Shown here: positions 49,464 to 58,557 of the stretch, in pieces
Position numbering within the stretch: position 1 is the stretch's first letter
How the letters are laid out: every line of letters starts with the position of its first letter
Assembly (NCBI GenBank): GCA_043823065.1
Contig: JBDRBB010000009.1
Span: 76,933-140,932, forward strand
Direction: 5' to 3'
Length of the DNA: 64,000 bases
Origin: Pseudomonadota bacterium
Lineage (GTDB): Bacteria > UBA10199 > 2-02-FULL-44-16 > DYJF01
The notes under the pieces: generated by a model
What the model was told of the DNA's origin: nothing
Databases searched by the model: none
What the model saw: only the letters and a program-made list of their open reading frames with translations
Made by a program: the position numbers and the translations under genes

Positions 49464-49928
49464 TTAAAAGCATCCGAGCTGGCATTTCTGTACCTTAATT
49501 TTTAGCTTATTTAACAATTGGCCAAACTTAGCTCTTTCCAGACCAATGCGTCCAGCTAAAATGAAAGCCTGCTGGCAATCAACCTTGGTTCCCACAACTA
49601 AATGCGAGCGGATTTGCAATTCCTTAGCATCTTCTCTGGGTTTTTCAGGCTCGCCATCCACAAAAATTGCCAAATCTGGTTTAAAGGTTTTCAAAAGCGC
49701 ATTACCTTCAATTAATAGATATTCAGGCTCTTGGGATAGGGCTGCTTTTATTTGTGCCAAAGTAGAATTACTAGGCAAGAGCAACTCTTCCTTGTTTTTA
49801 TCTTCAGCTTCTTTTTTACCTAATTTCACGGAAATGCTGTTTGGGAAAAAAGCCTTTAATGACCTTAAAACCGTGGTTTTCCCGACTTTACTGCCTGCTC
49901 CAGCTATAATAATCACTTTCATCATCAA
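49464..49928 (-). CDS. Small P-loop protein with C-terminal CQLGCF motif
   Basis: AGAGSKVGKTT Walker A-like and IEGN; ends KVQKCQLGCF; upstream of mobA-moeA. Confidence 0.7.
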   Translation of the reverse strand: MMMKVIIIAGAGSKVGKTTVLRSLKAFFPNSISVKLGKKEAEDKNKEELLLPSNSTLAQIKAALSQEPEYLLIEGNALLKTFKPDLAIFVDGEPEKPREDAKELQIRSHLVVGTKVDCQQAFILAGRIGLERAKFGQLLNKLKIKVQKCQLGCF

Positions 49929-50094
49929 ATCTCCCTGCTAAGCATAAAATTGATAAATTTGTATAAGTGGCTAAAGGCGGTATTGTCAATGGGTTTCAAG
50001 CCCCATTGACTACCATTATCTTAAAATGACAACTTTTTTATTTATTATCCAATCATAACTTATGGAATCTGCTATTAATTTAACATGTCGTGCT

Positions 50095-50110
50095 TGGCAA
50101 TATTTTTGCT
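50095..50110 (+). promoter_or_regulatory. Putative sigma54 (-24/-12) promoter
   Basis: TGGCAATATTTTTGCT, GG-N10-GC. Confidence 0.5.
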
Positions 50111-50152
50111 GTAAATTATCTGTGGTGATTAATAAATCATAAGGGATTATTT

Positions 50153-50568
50153 ATGAAAAATAAAATTGTAATTATTCTGATTGCCCTTTTAGAGATATCC
50201 TGTTTCCCTAAATGCGATTACTGTTGCGAAAAATTCAATAAATAATATATTCATTGGCAACTTCATTTCCAGCGCCATTCTCCCTGGCAGCTTGCCTGTT
50301 TCGGATTCGGCAGGAGAACTAAGCACGACAAGAAATTGGCATTTTGATAGTGGCATCACTGGATATAAAAAAATCTCACCATCCCGGATTCCTTGGTACG
50401 AGATCATCACCTCCAGGTGAGGATTCTACATGGCAGCCTGGTGATATTATTATCAACTCAACTCCTGCATCTCCCTTTGGTTGGGTTTGCTCAGAAAAAA
50501 GTTCAGCAAACACCCCATGTGTTTGGCAGGCAATATCTCCAGCTAATAGAGGAAATAACCAACAATGA
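50153..50568 (+). pseudogene. Fragmented gene remnant: signal-peptide-like start and a PP...WxxGDI...NSxP...GWVC C-terminal module
   Basis: MKNKIVIILIALL closes at 50245; a later frame gives SSPPGEDSTWQPGDIIINSTPASPFGWVC. Confidence 0.4.
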
Positions 50569-50672
50569 TCACTCTCATTACTTACCTCTAATTATTGTGG
50601 CAGTAGCAGGTTTCTTTGCTTTGTTAGGTGCTGGTGTAGAGGCTATGATTGCACTTAAATCTATTGTAAGAA

Positions 50673-50748
50673 ACTGTCATTAAATGACAGTATTTTACGT
50701 AAAAATCATATAATTATGTTTGACACTGTCACAAAATGACAGTATTAT
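50673..50748 (+). promoter_or_regulatory. abiE promoter with two ACTGTCA-N5-TGACAGT operators
   Basis: Palindromes at 50673-50691 and 50725-50743; TTGACA (50720-25)-17 nt-TATTAT (50743-48). Confidence 0.75.
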
Positions 50749-50755
50749 ACATAAT

Positions 50756-51400
50756 ATGTCAAGAATCATTGATCAAATCAAAGAGCATATTCCCTACGAT
50801 GTTTTTTCAGATACAGAAATTTGTAATCTTTTTCCAGGCAGCTCTGATAGTCGTTTTGCCTTAATCAAAAGAGCCATTGCCGCAAATGAAATTATTCATC
50901 TAAGAAGAGGTTTATATCATTTAAGCAAGAATTATTGTCGATCTTCAATCAACAAATTTGTCATTGCCCAAAAAATTTATGGACCATCCTACATCAGTTT
51001 TGAATCAGCTCTTGCTTATTATGGATTGATTCCCGAAGATGTTGTTACAATTACTTCTGCTTGTCTAAAACGTTCCAACCAATTTGAAACACCTTTTGGC
51101 ATATTTAGTTATAACAGCGTTCCCTCTAGTATTTTTTATGTTTGTGTGGACCGCGTGCAAGTTGAAAATCAGGTTTTCTTTGTAGCTACGCCATGGAAAG
51201 CAATAGTTGATTATGTTTATGTAAACAACTTGGAATGGGTTGGTTTGAAACCTTTAATTGAGAGCATTAGAATTGAGGAAGGTGCTTTGTTTGATTTGAA
51301 TAAAGATGATTTAGATAAGCTGGAGTTCTTCTATAAGAGTAAACGAGTAAAAAAATTTATTGAAAGTTTGAAACGAGATTTAATGCTGGGAAGATCTTAA
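50756..51400 (+). CDS. Type IV toxin-antitoxin antitoxin, AbiEi-like
   Basis: IIHLRRGLY, PSYISFESALAYYGLIPE and ATPWKAIVD motifs. Confidence 0.85.
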   Translation: MSRIIDQIKEHIPYDVFSDTEICNLFPGSSDSRFALIKRAIAANEIIHLRRGLYHLSKNYCRSSINKFVIAQKIYGPSYISFESALAYYGLIPEDVVTITSACLKRSNQFETPFGIFSYNSVPSSIFYVCVDRVQVENQVFFVATPWKAIVDYVYVNNLEWVGLKPLIESIRIEEGALFDLNKDDLDKLEFFYKSKRVKKFIESLKRDLMLGRS

Positions 51401-51404
51401 GATT

Positions 51405-52262
51405 ATGAGTGTAAAAATTATCCAAGAAAGATTTGAAAAATATCATTGTTTGTCTTTGCAAGATGAAGAAAGGGCATTTAAAGAAATTGCCCAGGAAGTT
51501 GCTTTGGCTGGATTATCTAGAGCAGGTTTTTTTAAATTTGCAGTGTTTCAAGGAGGAACTTGCCTTAGAATTCTTTATAGTTTGGAAAGATTTTCTGAGG
51601 ATTTAGATTTTATTTTAAAATCACCAGATTTTGAATTTAATTGGGAAATGTATTTAAGTAATCTGGCCACAGAGTTTGATGCCTATGGAATTGAGTTAGC
51701 TGTTCAGGATCGTTCTAAAATAGAAGATACAGTTAAAAAAGTTTTTATTAAGAGTGATTCAATAGGCAAGATTTTAAATCTTAAATATCCAAAATTAACT
51801 GGCCCGCTAAAAAAAGCTATTATCAAGTTTGAATTAGACACTAATCCTCCTCAAGGCAGCGGTTTTGAAACAAGGTATCTTGATTTTCCCCTCCCTTTTC
51901 CAGTGACCGTTCAGGATTTGCCTAGTTTGTTTGCTGGCAAGAACCATGCTCTTTTGTGCCGGGAATATACCAAGGGCAGAGATTGGTTTGATTTCTTGTG
52001 GTATGTAGCAAGAAACACACCAATTAATCTTGAATTCTTAGCAAACGCAATTAATCAACAAGGACCATGGCAAGGACAGGAAATTAAAGTGGATAAAGAT
52101 TGGTATTTAAATGAGATACAAAAGAAAATTCAGACCACTGATTGGCAAAAGGCCAAAAATGATGTAGCCAGATTTCTCAAACCTAAAGATTTAAGCACCT
52201 TAGAACTTTGGAGCACTGAATTTTTCCTGGATAGAGTGAATAAAATTAGAAGCTATTTGTAA
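51405..52262 (+). CDS. Type IV toxin-antitoxin nucleotidyltransferase toxin, AbiEii-like
   Basis: FQGGTCLR...RFSEDLDF, GK.HAL and KGRDWFD motifs. Confidence 0.9.
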   Translation: MSVKIIQERFEKYHCLSLQDEERAFKEIAQEVALAGLSRAGFFKFAVFQGGTCLRILYSLERFSEDLDFILKSPDFEFNWEMYLSNLATEFDAYGIELAVQDRSKIEDTVKKVFIKSDSIGKILNLKYPKLTGPLKKAIIKFELDTNPPQGSGFETRYLDFPLPFPVTVQDLPSLFAGKNHALLCREYTKGRDWFDFLWYVARNTPINLEFLANAINQQGPWQGQEIKVDKDWYLNEIQKKIQTTDWQKAKNDVARFLKPKDLSTLELWSTEFFLDRVNKIRSYL

Positions 52263-52284
52263 AATATTTTTCAGTTAAGAAAAG

Positions 52285-53331
52285 TTAAAAAACATGCACA
52301 GCCGAGGTTTTGAAAGTGGCCCAGATCTTTTCGCCAACTGCTAAATTCATTTCTTCAATTGAGCGTGGTGTGAGTAAAGTGGCCAAGTTTTGGCCGACAT
52401 CTACTATTACTTCTCTTAATCTTCCGCGCGGTAATATTTCTACAATTTTGCCATTTAAACAATTTCTGGCGCTACTGGTGATTTTTTCTTTAGATAAAAT
52501 TATTTCTTCAGCAGGAAGTGAGATATAGCAACTCCCTTCAAGCTCAGTATTTATTTGAATGCGCAAACCATTACTTTCAAACCATTTTAAGCCATTGCTA
52601 TCATTCTTGACCTGGCCTTGAAAAATATTTTTAACTCCTACAAATTCAGCAATAAAAGAATTAGCAGGTTTGAGCATAATTTCCTGAGTTTTACCAACTT
52701 GCACAATTTCACCATCTTTCATCACTGCTAGGCGGTCTGCTAGAAAAACCGCTTCTTCAAAATCATGGGTAACCTGTACAAACGTTGTGCCAAAGGCTGC
52801 GCGAATTCTCTTCAATTCTTTGCGCAATTTTTCCCTTAATGGAGCATCTAGAGCGCTTAAGGGTTCATCTAAAAGTACAATTTTTGGATTTAGAACCAAG
52901 GCTCTAGCCAAGGCTACGCGCTGGGCTTCGCCGCCGCTTAGAGTTTGGACATTGCGTTCCAAGATGTTTTCAATCTCCAGCAATTTGCTGATATTTTTTA
53001 CCTTATTTTGAATTTGGATTTTTGGAGTCTTTTTGATTTTTAAGCCAAAGCCAATATTAGTAATAACATTCATATTTGGAAAAAGGGCATAATCTTGATA
53101 AACCAGTCCAATGTTTCTTTTTTCCGGAGGTAGATTGGTAATATTTTGATCTTCAGCAAAAATCTCGCCTTTAGTTGGCTGATAAAGACCAGCCATAATT
53201 TCCAAGAGCACGGTTTTTCCAGCACCACTTGGCCCTAAAATAACAAAATATTCATTTTCACTTATTTCTAAATCGATATTTTTAAGTGAAAATTGTTCAA
53301 GATTTTTATTTATATCAATTAACTTTAGCAT
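52285..53331 (-). CDS. Tungstate/molybdate ABC transporter ATPase with TOBE domain (WtpC/ModC-like)
   Basis: [21 protein letters not shown] and C-terminal TOBE (ATFKTSAV). Confidence 0.88.
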   Translation of the reverse strand: MLKLIDINKNLEQFSLKNIDLEISENEYFVILGPSGAGKTVLLEIMAGLYQPTKGEIFAEDQNITNLPPEKRNIGLVYQDYALFPNMNVITNIGFGLKIKKTPKIQIQNKVKNISKLLEIENILERNVQTLSGGEAQRVALARALVLNPKIVLLDEPLSALDAPLREKLRKELKRIRAAFGTTFVQVTHDFEEAVFLADRLAVMKDGEIVQVGKTQEIMLKPANSFIAEFVGVKNIFQGQVKNDSNGLKWFESNGLRIQINTELEGSCYISLPAEEIILSKEKITSSARNCLNGKIVEILPRGRLREVIVDVGQNLATLLTPRSIEEMNLAVGEKIWATFKTSAVHVF

Positions 53332-54109
53332 TATTTCGATTTACAATGGTTCGTAGTACAGTAAAAATTATTAAAGAAATAAGCACCAAGATTACTGCCA
53401 CTGGTTGCGCATATTTTAGGCCAAAGGCTTCAAAACGTTCAAAAATTAAAACCGGCGCAACCATTGGGTGATAAGCTAAGATAACTATTGCCCCGAATTC
53501 GCTAATACCCCGGGCCCACATCATGATCATGCCGGAAAAAATTGCCCGTTTACTTAATGGCAAAGTTATTTTCCAAAAAGCCTGCCAAGGACTAGCCCCC
53601 AAAGTTCTAGCAGCATTTTCCAGTTTAGGATCTACTAATTTAAAAGCTTCTTTAGCAGCATTAATTAAAAATGGGGCGCTGACAAAGGTCATGGCTATGA
53701 CAATTCCTAACCTGGTGCCAACCGCGCTTAAGCCAAAAAAGCTCAGCACTTTGCCCATAAAAAAGCGCTGGCCAAAAACAGTTAGCAAGGCAATGCCAGC
53801 AGCAGTGTGAGGAATGACCACAGGTAAATCGATAATACCTTCAATAATTTTTTTACCCCAAAAATTATTTCGAGCTAGTAAGTAGGCCAAAGGAACCCCA
53901 AAGATCAAAGTAAACAAAGTGGCCCACAAGGCAGAACTCATGGTCAGCCAGATTGAAGCCAAGACTTCCTGGTCATAAAGAGCTTGTAATAAATTAGGGC
54001 CTTGAGCTGAAAGTAAAATTTTGCCAATTGGGGCAATAATAAACAGCAGCATAAAAATGCCCAAAATGGCAAACCATAAAGAAGTTTTATTGCGATATAC
54101 AGATTTCAT
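53315..54109 (-). CDS. Tungstate/molybdate ABC transporter permease (WtpB/ModB-like)
   Basis: DLPVVIPHTAAGIALL, ENAARTLGAS and WARGISEFGA motifs. Confidence 0.88.
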   Translation of the reverse strand: MKSVYRNKTSLWFAILGIFMLLFIIAPIGKILLSAQGPNLLQALYDQEVLASIWLTMSSALWATLFTLIFGVPLAYLLARNNFWGKKIIEGIIDLPVVIPHTAAGIALLTVFGQRFFMGKVLSFFGLSAVGTRLGIVIAMTFVSAPFLINAAKEAFKLVDPKLENAARTLGASPWQAFWKITLPLSKRAIFSGMIMMWARGISEFGAIVILAYHPMVAPVLIFERFEAFGLKYAQPVAVILVLISLIIFTVLRTIVNRNNAKVN

Positions 54110-54116
54110 AAAGCAT

Positions 54117-54151
54117 AAAAAAACCGGGAAGAAAAATCTCCCCGGCTTTTT
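54117..54151. terminator. Putative terminator hairpin between the FNT channel and the permease
   Basis: aaaaaaaccggg-aagaaaaatctc-cccggcttttt. Confidence 0.55.
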
Positions 54152-54167
54152 ATTGGATCATTGATCA

Positions 54168-54998
54168 TTACTTCTTACAAGCATTCCTTACATAGGTTAA
54201 AAAGTAGATGCCACCTACGAAGATTGCTCCAGCAACTATGTTACCGATGGTAACTGGAATAAGATTTTTAACAAACAGACCATTCACTGTTAAGTTGGCT
54301 AACTGATTTGAATCTAAGCCAGAAGCTGCAACTACAGCGGAATTGGCTTTTAGTAAGAGGCCTGCTGGAATAAAATACATATTGGCCACACAGTGTTCAA
54401 ACCCAGAAGCGACAAAAGCCATGATTGGGAAGAAGATCGCAAAGATTTTGCCAACTACGTCTTTGGCTGCTACAGCAAGCCACACTGCCAGACAAACCAG
54501 CCAGTTACAACCAATAGCTCTAAAAAAAGCTTCTCCCCAAGTGAGATTAACTTTTACCGTGGCAATTTTTAAGGCAGTAACACCGACCTCACCATCAACC
54601 AATCCACTGAAATGCATGATATATACCATTAAGAGAGAACCAACAAAATTAGCAATAAAAACAATTACCCAATTTCTCAGCATATCTGTAAAACCAACTT
54701 CACCAATTAGAAAACCAGTGAAAATCAGGTTGTTGCCGGTAAAGAGTTCTGCACCACCAATTACGACCAACATTAGTCCGACACTAAATACGCTGCCAAC
54801 CAAGAGCTTGGTTAAGCCAAAGCCAAGCTTGTCCGCTACACCAGTGCCAACTGTGGTAGCCAGTTCAGCTCCAAAACCAATATAGGCGCCAGCTAAAATA
54901 CCTAAAATAAACATAGGTAACCAAGCTAGGGCTACTTTGGCTTTGCCGATGCAGATCATGTTTTGGGCAACTTCTGCAGGTGTGTGGAAATTACTCAT
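54168..54998 (-). CDS. Formate/nitrite transporter (FocA/FdhC family)
   Basis: GAELFTGN, NFVG, IGCNWLVCLA, GFEHCVANM and IGNIVAG motifs. Confidence 0.93.
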   Translation of the reverse strand: MSNFHTPAEVAQNMICIGKAKVALAWLPMFILGILAGAYIGFGAELATTVGTGVADKLGFGLTKLLVGSVFSVGLMLVVIGGAELFTGNNLIFTGFLIGEVGFTDMLRNWVIVFIANFVGSLLMVYIMHFSGLVDGEVGVTALKIATVKVNLTWGEAFFRAIGCNWLVCLAVWLAVAAKDVVGKIFAIFFPIMAFVASGFEHCVANMYFIPAGLLLKANSAVVAASGLDSNQLANLTVNGLFVKNLIPVTIGNIVAGAIFVGGIYFLTYVRNACKK

Positions 54999-55135
54999 TT
55001 TTTTACCTCCTTTAATTGTGTTAAAGTTTTTATCCCCAAAAATTTCGCTAGGTTATAAAGAACTATAATCAAAATGTCGAGTTAAAAAATATTATTGACC
55101 TTCTAGGGATGGTGTGGTCATGAAATATCCAACTT

Positions 55136-55227
55136 AGAAGGGAATAAACTGGTGTTTTAACTGGTCTTCAAAACCAGTAGCAGGCGGATAACACCGTCTG
55201 TGGTAGGTTCGATTCCTGCCCCTTCTG
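55136..55227 (+). tRNA. selC: tRNA-Sec (anticodon TCA), 7/5 fold
   Basis: AGAAGGG/CCCTTCT acceptor stem, G discriminator, ACTGGT-CTTCAAA-ACCAGT anticodon arm, 8-bp variable arm, GTAGG-TTCGATT-CCTGC T arm; 4 nt upstream of selA. Confidence 0.92.
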
Positions 55228-55231
55228 CAAA

Positions 55232-56623
55232 ATGAATAAAAATCTTAGAAACATACCAAGTGTGAACGAATTATTGCAGCATCCTGAGCTTGAGTTGCTT
55301 ATAAATGAGCAAGGTAGGGAACTGGTGACCTATGCCATACGTAAAGTTGTGGATGAAGTTAGAGAGAAAATGGTAAATGGGAGTCCTTCGACAAGCTCAG
55401 GACGAACGGTAAATAATAGCGATCTTAATAAACAGATAATTGCTCAAATAATATCCCTGGTAGCGAACATTTCAGGCAAGTCCTTAAAACCTGTGATCAA
55501 TGCCACCGGCATTGTTTTGCACACCAACCTGGGCCGGGCTCCAATTGGCGAAATAGTGCTCAAGGATGCATTTGCTGCTTTAAGTGGTTATTCTAATTTG
55601 GAATTTGATCTCAGCACCGGCAAGCGTGGAAAGCGTAGCTCTCATATTATCGAACTGATAAAATATCTAACTTTGGCGGAAGATGCAGTGGTGGTTAATA
55701 ACAATGCTGCAGGAATTGTGCTGGCTTTAAACACCTTGGCGCGAGGTAAAGAAGTGATTATTTCCAGAGGCGAGTTAGTTGAAATTGGCGGCTCGTTTCG
55801 TATTCCAGAAATTATGCGTGCTGCTGGCGTAAAAATGAAAGAAGTTGGCACCACTAACAAAACTCATCTTAAAGATTATGAAAACGCGATAACCGAAAAA
55901 ACAGCTTTAATTTTTAAGGCCCATAAATCAAACTATGCTATCAAAGGTTTTGCCAAAGAAGTGGGGGTTGCTGAATTAGCCCAATTAGCTGCAACCAAAA
56001 ATTTACCACTAGTTTATGACATTGGTTCTGGCTTGCTGCGTAGGCCAGAAAAAATTGCTATGCAAAATGAGCCAGATATTAGAAGCGCTCTTCAAGATGG
56101 TGCAGACCTGGTTGCTTTTAGTTGTGATAAACTTTTAGGCGGCCCCCAAGCAGGAATTGTGGCTGGCCGGAAAAATTTGGTTCAGAAACTGGCCAAAGCG
56201 CCTATGATGCGCGCCTTGCGAGTAGGTAAAATAACTTTAGCAATTATGGCCAGCGCTTTTCAGAATTATTTAAATGATAAAACTTTGCTTAAAAATAATC
56301 CTTTGTTTGTCATGTTGAAGAGATCTGAATCTGAGTTGGAACAACTAGCAAAAGATCTGGCTGCTAAATTAGAGAAAAAAGGTGTGGCAGCTAAAGTTAT
56401 AAAAAGTACGGCCCAGTGCGGTGGTGGTTCATTGCCTGAATTGGAGCTGCCCAGTTTTGCCGTGCAAATTAAAACAGCCCAAAAAGCTGAAAAAATGTAT
56501 TTTAATTTACTTCAAGCAGATAGACCCGTGGTTGGCATTTTAAGAAAAGGGGAATTGTTGCTTGATGTATATACCTTGTTTGAAAATGATATACCTTTAA
56601 TTCTAACTTCTATCTCTTCATGA
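55232..56623 (+). CDS. selA: L-seryl-tRNA(Sec) selenium transferase
   Basis: VINATGIVLHTNLGRAP, VNNNAA, SRGELVEIGGSFRIP and DKLLGGPQAG motifs. Confidence 0.96.
   Translation: MNKNLRNIPSVNELLQHPELELLINEQGRELVTYAIRKVVDEVREKMVNGSPSTSSGRTVNNSDLNKQIIAQIISLVANISGKSLKPVINATGIVLHTNLGRAPIGEIVLKDAFAALSGYSNLEFDLSTGKRGKRSSHIIELIKYLTLAEDAVVVNNNAAGIVLALNTLARGKEVIISRGELVEIGGSFRIPEIMRAAGVKMKEVGTTNKTHLKDYENAITEKTALIFKAHKSNYAIKGFAKEVGVAELAQLAATKNLPLVYDIGSGLLRRPEKIAMQNEPDIRSALQDGADLVAFSCDKLLGGPQAGIVAGRKNLVQKLAKAPMMRALRVGKITLAIMASAFQNYLNDKTLLKNNPLFVMLKRSESELEQLAKDLAAKLEKKGVAAKVIKSTAQCGGGSLPELELPSFAVQIKTAQKAEKMYFNLLQADRPVVGILRKGELLLDVYTLFENDIPLILTSISS
55385..55409. repeat. Family D repeat read in frame within selA
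   Basis: ccttcgacaagctcaggacgaacgg, 24/25 match to the reverse complement of the family D core; encodes PSTSSGRT. Confidence 0.8.
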
Positions 56624-58536
56624 AACATTTAATTCTTGGCACAGCTGGTCATGTAGATCACGGAAAAACTGCGCTGGTTAAAGCCCTAACCGGTTTTGAT
56701 TGCGATACCCATCCGCAAGAAAAAAAACGCGGTATAACCATTAACTTGGGTTTTGCGCACCTTAATCTTCCAGAATATAAAATTGGTATTGTGGATGTGC
56801 CAGGTCATCAAGATTTTATCCACAACATGGTGGCTGGCGCCAGTGGTCTTGATCTGGCAATGCTGGTAGTAGCAGCAGATGAAGGTGTTATGCCCCAGAC
56901 AAAAGAACATCTGGAGATTATGCAGGCCTTAAAAATAAAAAAAGGTCTGGTTGCTTTAACCAAAATAGATTTGGCGGAAAAAGACGTGGCACTTATTGCT
57001 GAAGATGAAGTGAAAAATTTAGTACAAGGAAGTTTTTTGGAAAATTGTCCAATCCTGCAGGTTTCTGCTCAAACCAATGAGGGCCTTGATCAGCTCAAAA
57101 TCGAAATCGCCAAACTGGCTGGCCAAGTTGATTTAAGAGAGTCTGGCGAAGTTTTTCGGATGTTTGTGGATCGTTTTTTTAATGCTAAGGGTTTTGGGCC
57201 AGTGGTTAATGGCACTGTTTTAAGTGGGCAGCTAAAACCAGAAGACAAGATTTTTATTTTGCCTGCAAATAATAATCAATTTCGGGTGCGGCGTTTGGAA
57301 CAAGATCGTCAGGAAGTTAACCAAATTTCTGCTGGCTGCCGGGCTTCCTTAAATCTAGTGGGTTTGGATCTAAAGGAATTTAGACGAGGCCAAATAATTT
57401 CTGATCGTTTTTTGCCAGATACAAATTTGGTAGATGCCAAACTAACTTTATTTAAAAACAATAAGCAGCTTGAGCTGTGGAGTAGAGTAAATTTTCATTT
57501 AGGAACTTTTGAAACCGAAGCTCGTGTGCATCTTTTAGATCAAAATGAACTTAAAAGTGGCAATACTGCAGTGGTACAAATTCATTTGGACAAATCCTGC
57601 GTGATTATGCCTGGAGATTGTTTTATCATTAGAAATACATCCAAAGATTTAACCTTAGGTGGCGGTGAAATAATTGATGCTGCCCCTTTGCATCATCGCC
57701 GCCGCCAGCCGCAGTTGATTGCAACCATAATCAAAAGGGCAAGCGGAGCTTTAACTGAATTTATTGCCCATGAAGTTAATAAAAGATGCGGACCTATTTC
57801 CAGTTTGGAAATAGCTGATAGCTTGAATGTTTCTTCAGCAAAAATACAAGAAGTATTAGCTGAGCTGCCCTTGGATATTTTATGTTTTCCAGGACAGGAA
57901 GAAACCATCTTGATTCCTAAAACCAAGGCCATTAGTTTTGAGAAAAAACTTTTAAAAACTATAGCTGCAGCACACAGAAAAAATCCCCTAGATCCTAAGG
58001 GGAAAAGTATTCCAGAACTAAAAGGAATTTTAGGCTTAAATAAAAGATTAGTTGAAGAGCGTTTCTTGAACTTGCTCTGTCAAAAAATGGAGCAAGCCGG
58101 GCAAATAAAGCTAGTTGCCCATACCTGGGCCTTAAAAGAACATGAAGTTAAGCTGGAAAAAGATTTTGAGCAAAAAATTGCGGCAGTGGAAAAGATGCTA
58201 AAAGCTTATCAAATGCAAACTCCTTTGATGTCAGAGATGCTGCCCCAAGCAGCCAAACTGGGTTTAGATGAAGAAAGATTCAAACAAGTTTTGCACTATT
58301 TAATTAACCAAAACAAAGTTTATAAGATTGAAGATAATTATGTTCATGCTGAAATCGTAGATACATGCCGTGAAAAATTTCTGCAAACCTTAGCCAAAGA
58401 AAAGCAAGGTTTAACCGTAGCCGAGTTTCGGAATTTAATTCAGGGTAACCGTAAAATTTCTTTATTGCTACTTAGTCAATATGATCAAGAAAAAGTTTGT
58501 TATAGACAAGGTGATCGCCGTTTGCTTATAAAATGA
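56620..58536 (+). CDS. selB: Selenocysteine-specific elongation factor
   Basis: GHVDHGKT, RGITINLGF, DVPGH and TKID motifs; C-terminal winged-helix region ending RQGDRR. Confidence 0.95.
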   Translation: MKHLILGTAGHVDHGKTALVKALTGFDCDTHPQEKKRGITINLGFAHLNLPEYKIGIVDVPGHQDFIHNMVAGASGLDLAMLVVAADEGVMPQTKEHLEIMQALKIKKGLVALTKIDLAEKDVALIAEDEVKNLVQGSFLENCPILQVSAQTNEGLDQLKIEIAKLAGQVDLRESGEVFRMFVDRFFNAKGFGPVVNGTVLSGQLKPEDKIFILPANNNQFRVRRLEQDRQEVNQISAGCRASLNLVGLDLKEFRRGQIISDRFLPDTNLVDAKLTLFKNNKQLELWSRVNFHLGTFETEARVHLLDQNELKSGNTAVVQIHLDKSCVIMPGDCFIIRNTSKDLTLGGGEIIDAAPLHHRRRQPQLIATIIKRASGALTEFIAHEVNKRCGPISSLEIADSLNVSSAKIQEVLAELPLDILCFPGQEETILIPKTKAISFEKKLLKTIAAAHRKNPLDPKGKSIPELKGILGLNKRLVEERFLNLLCQKMEQAGQIKLVAHTWALKEHEVKLEKDFEQKIAAVEKMLKAYQMQTPLMSEMLPQAAKLGLDEERFKQVLHYLINQNKVYKIEDNYVHAEIVDTCREKFLQTLAKEKQGLTVAEFRNLIQGNRKISLLLLSQYDQEKVCYRQGDRRLLIK

Positions 58537-58557
58537 ACCTGCCAAGAGGAGAAAAAA

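Noticed and set aside
54343..54885. Long antisense ORFs (also 8768-9199, 37336-37815, 11748-12143)
   Set aside because: Shadow frames of well-supported genes on the opposite strand
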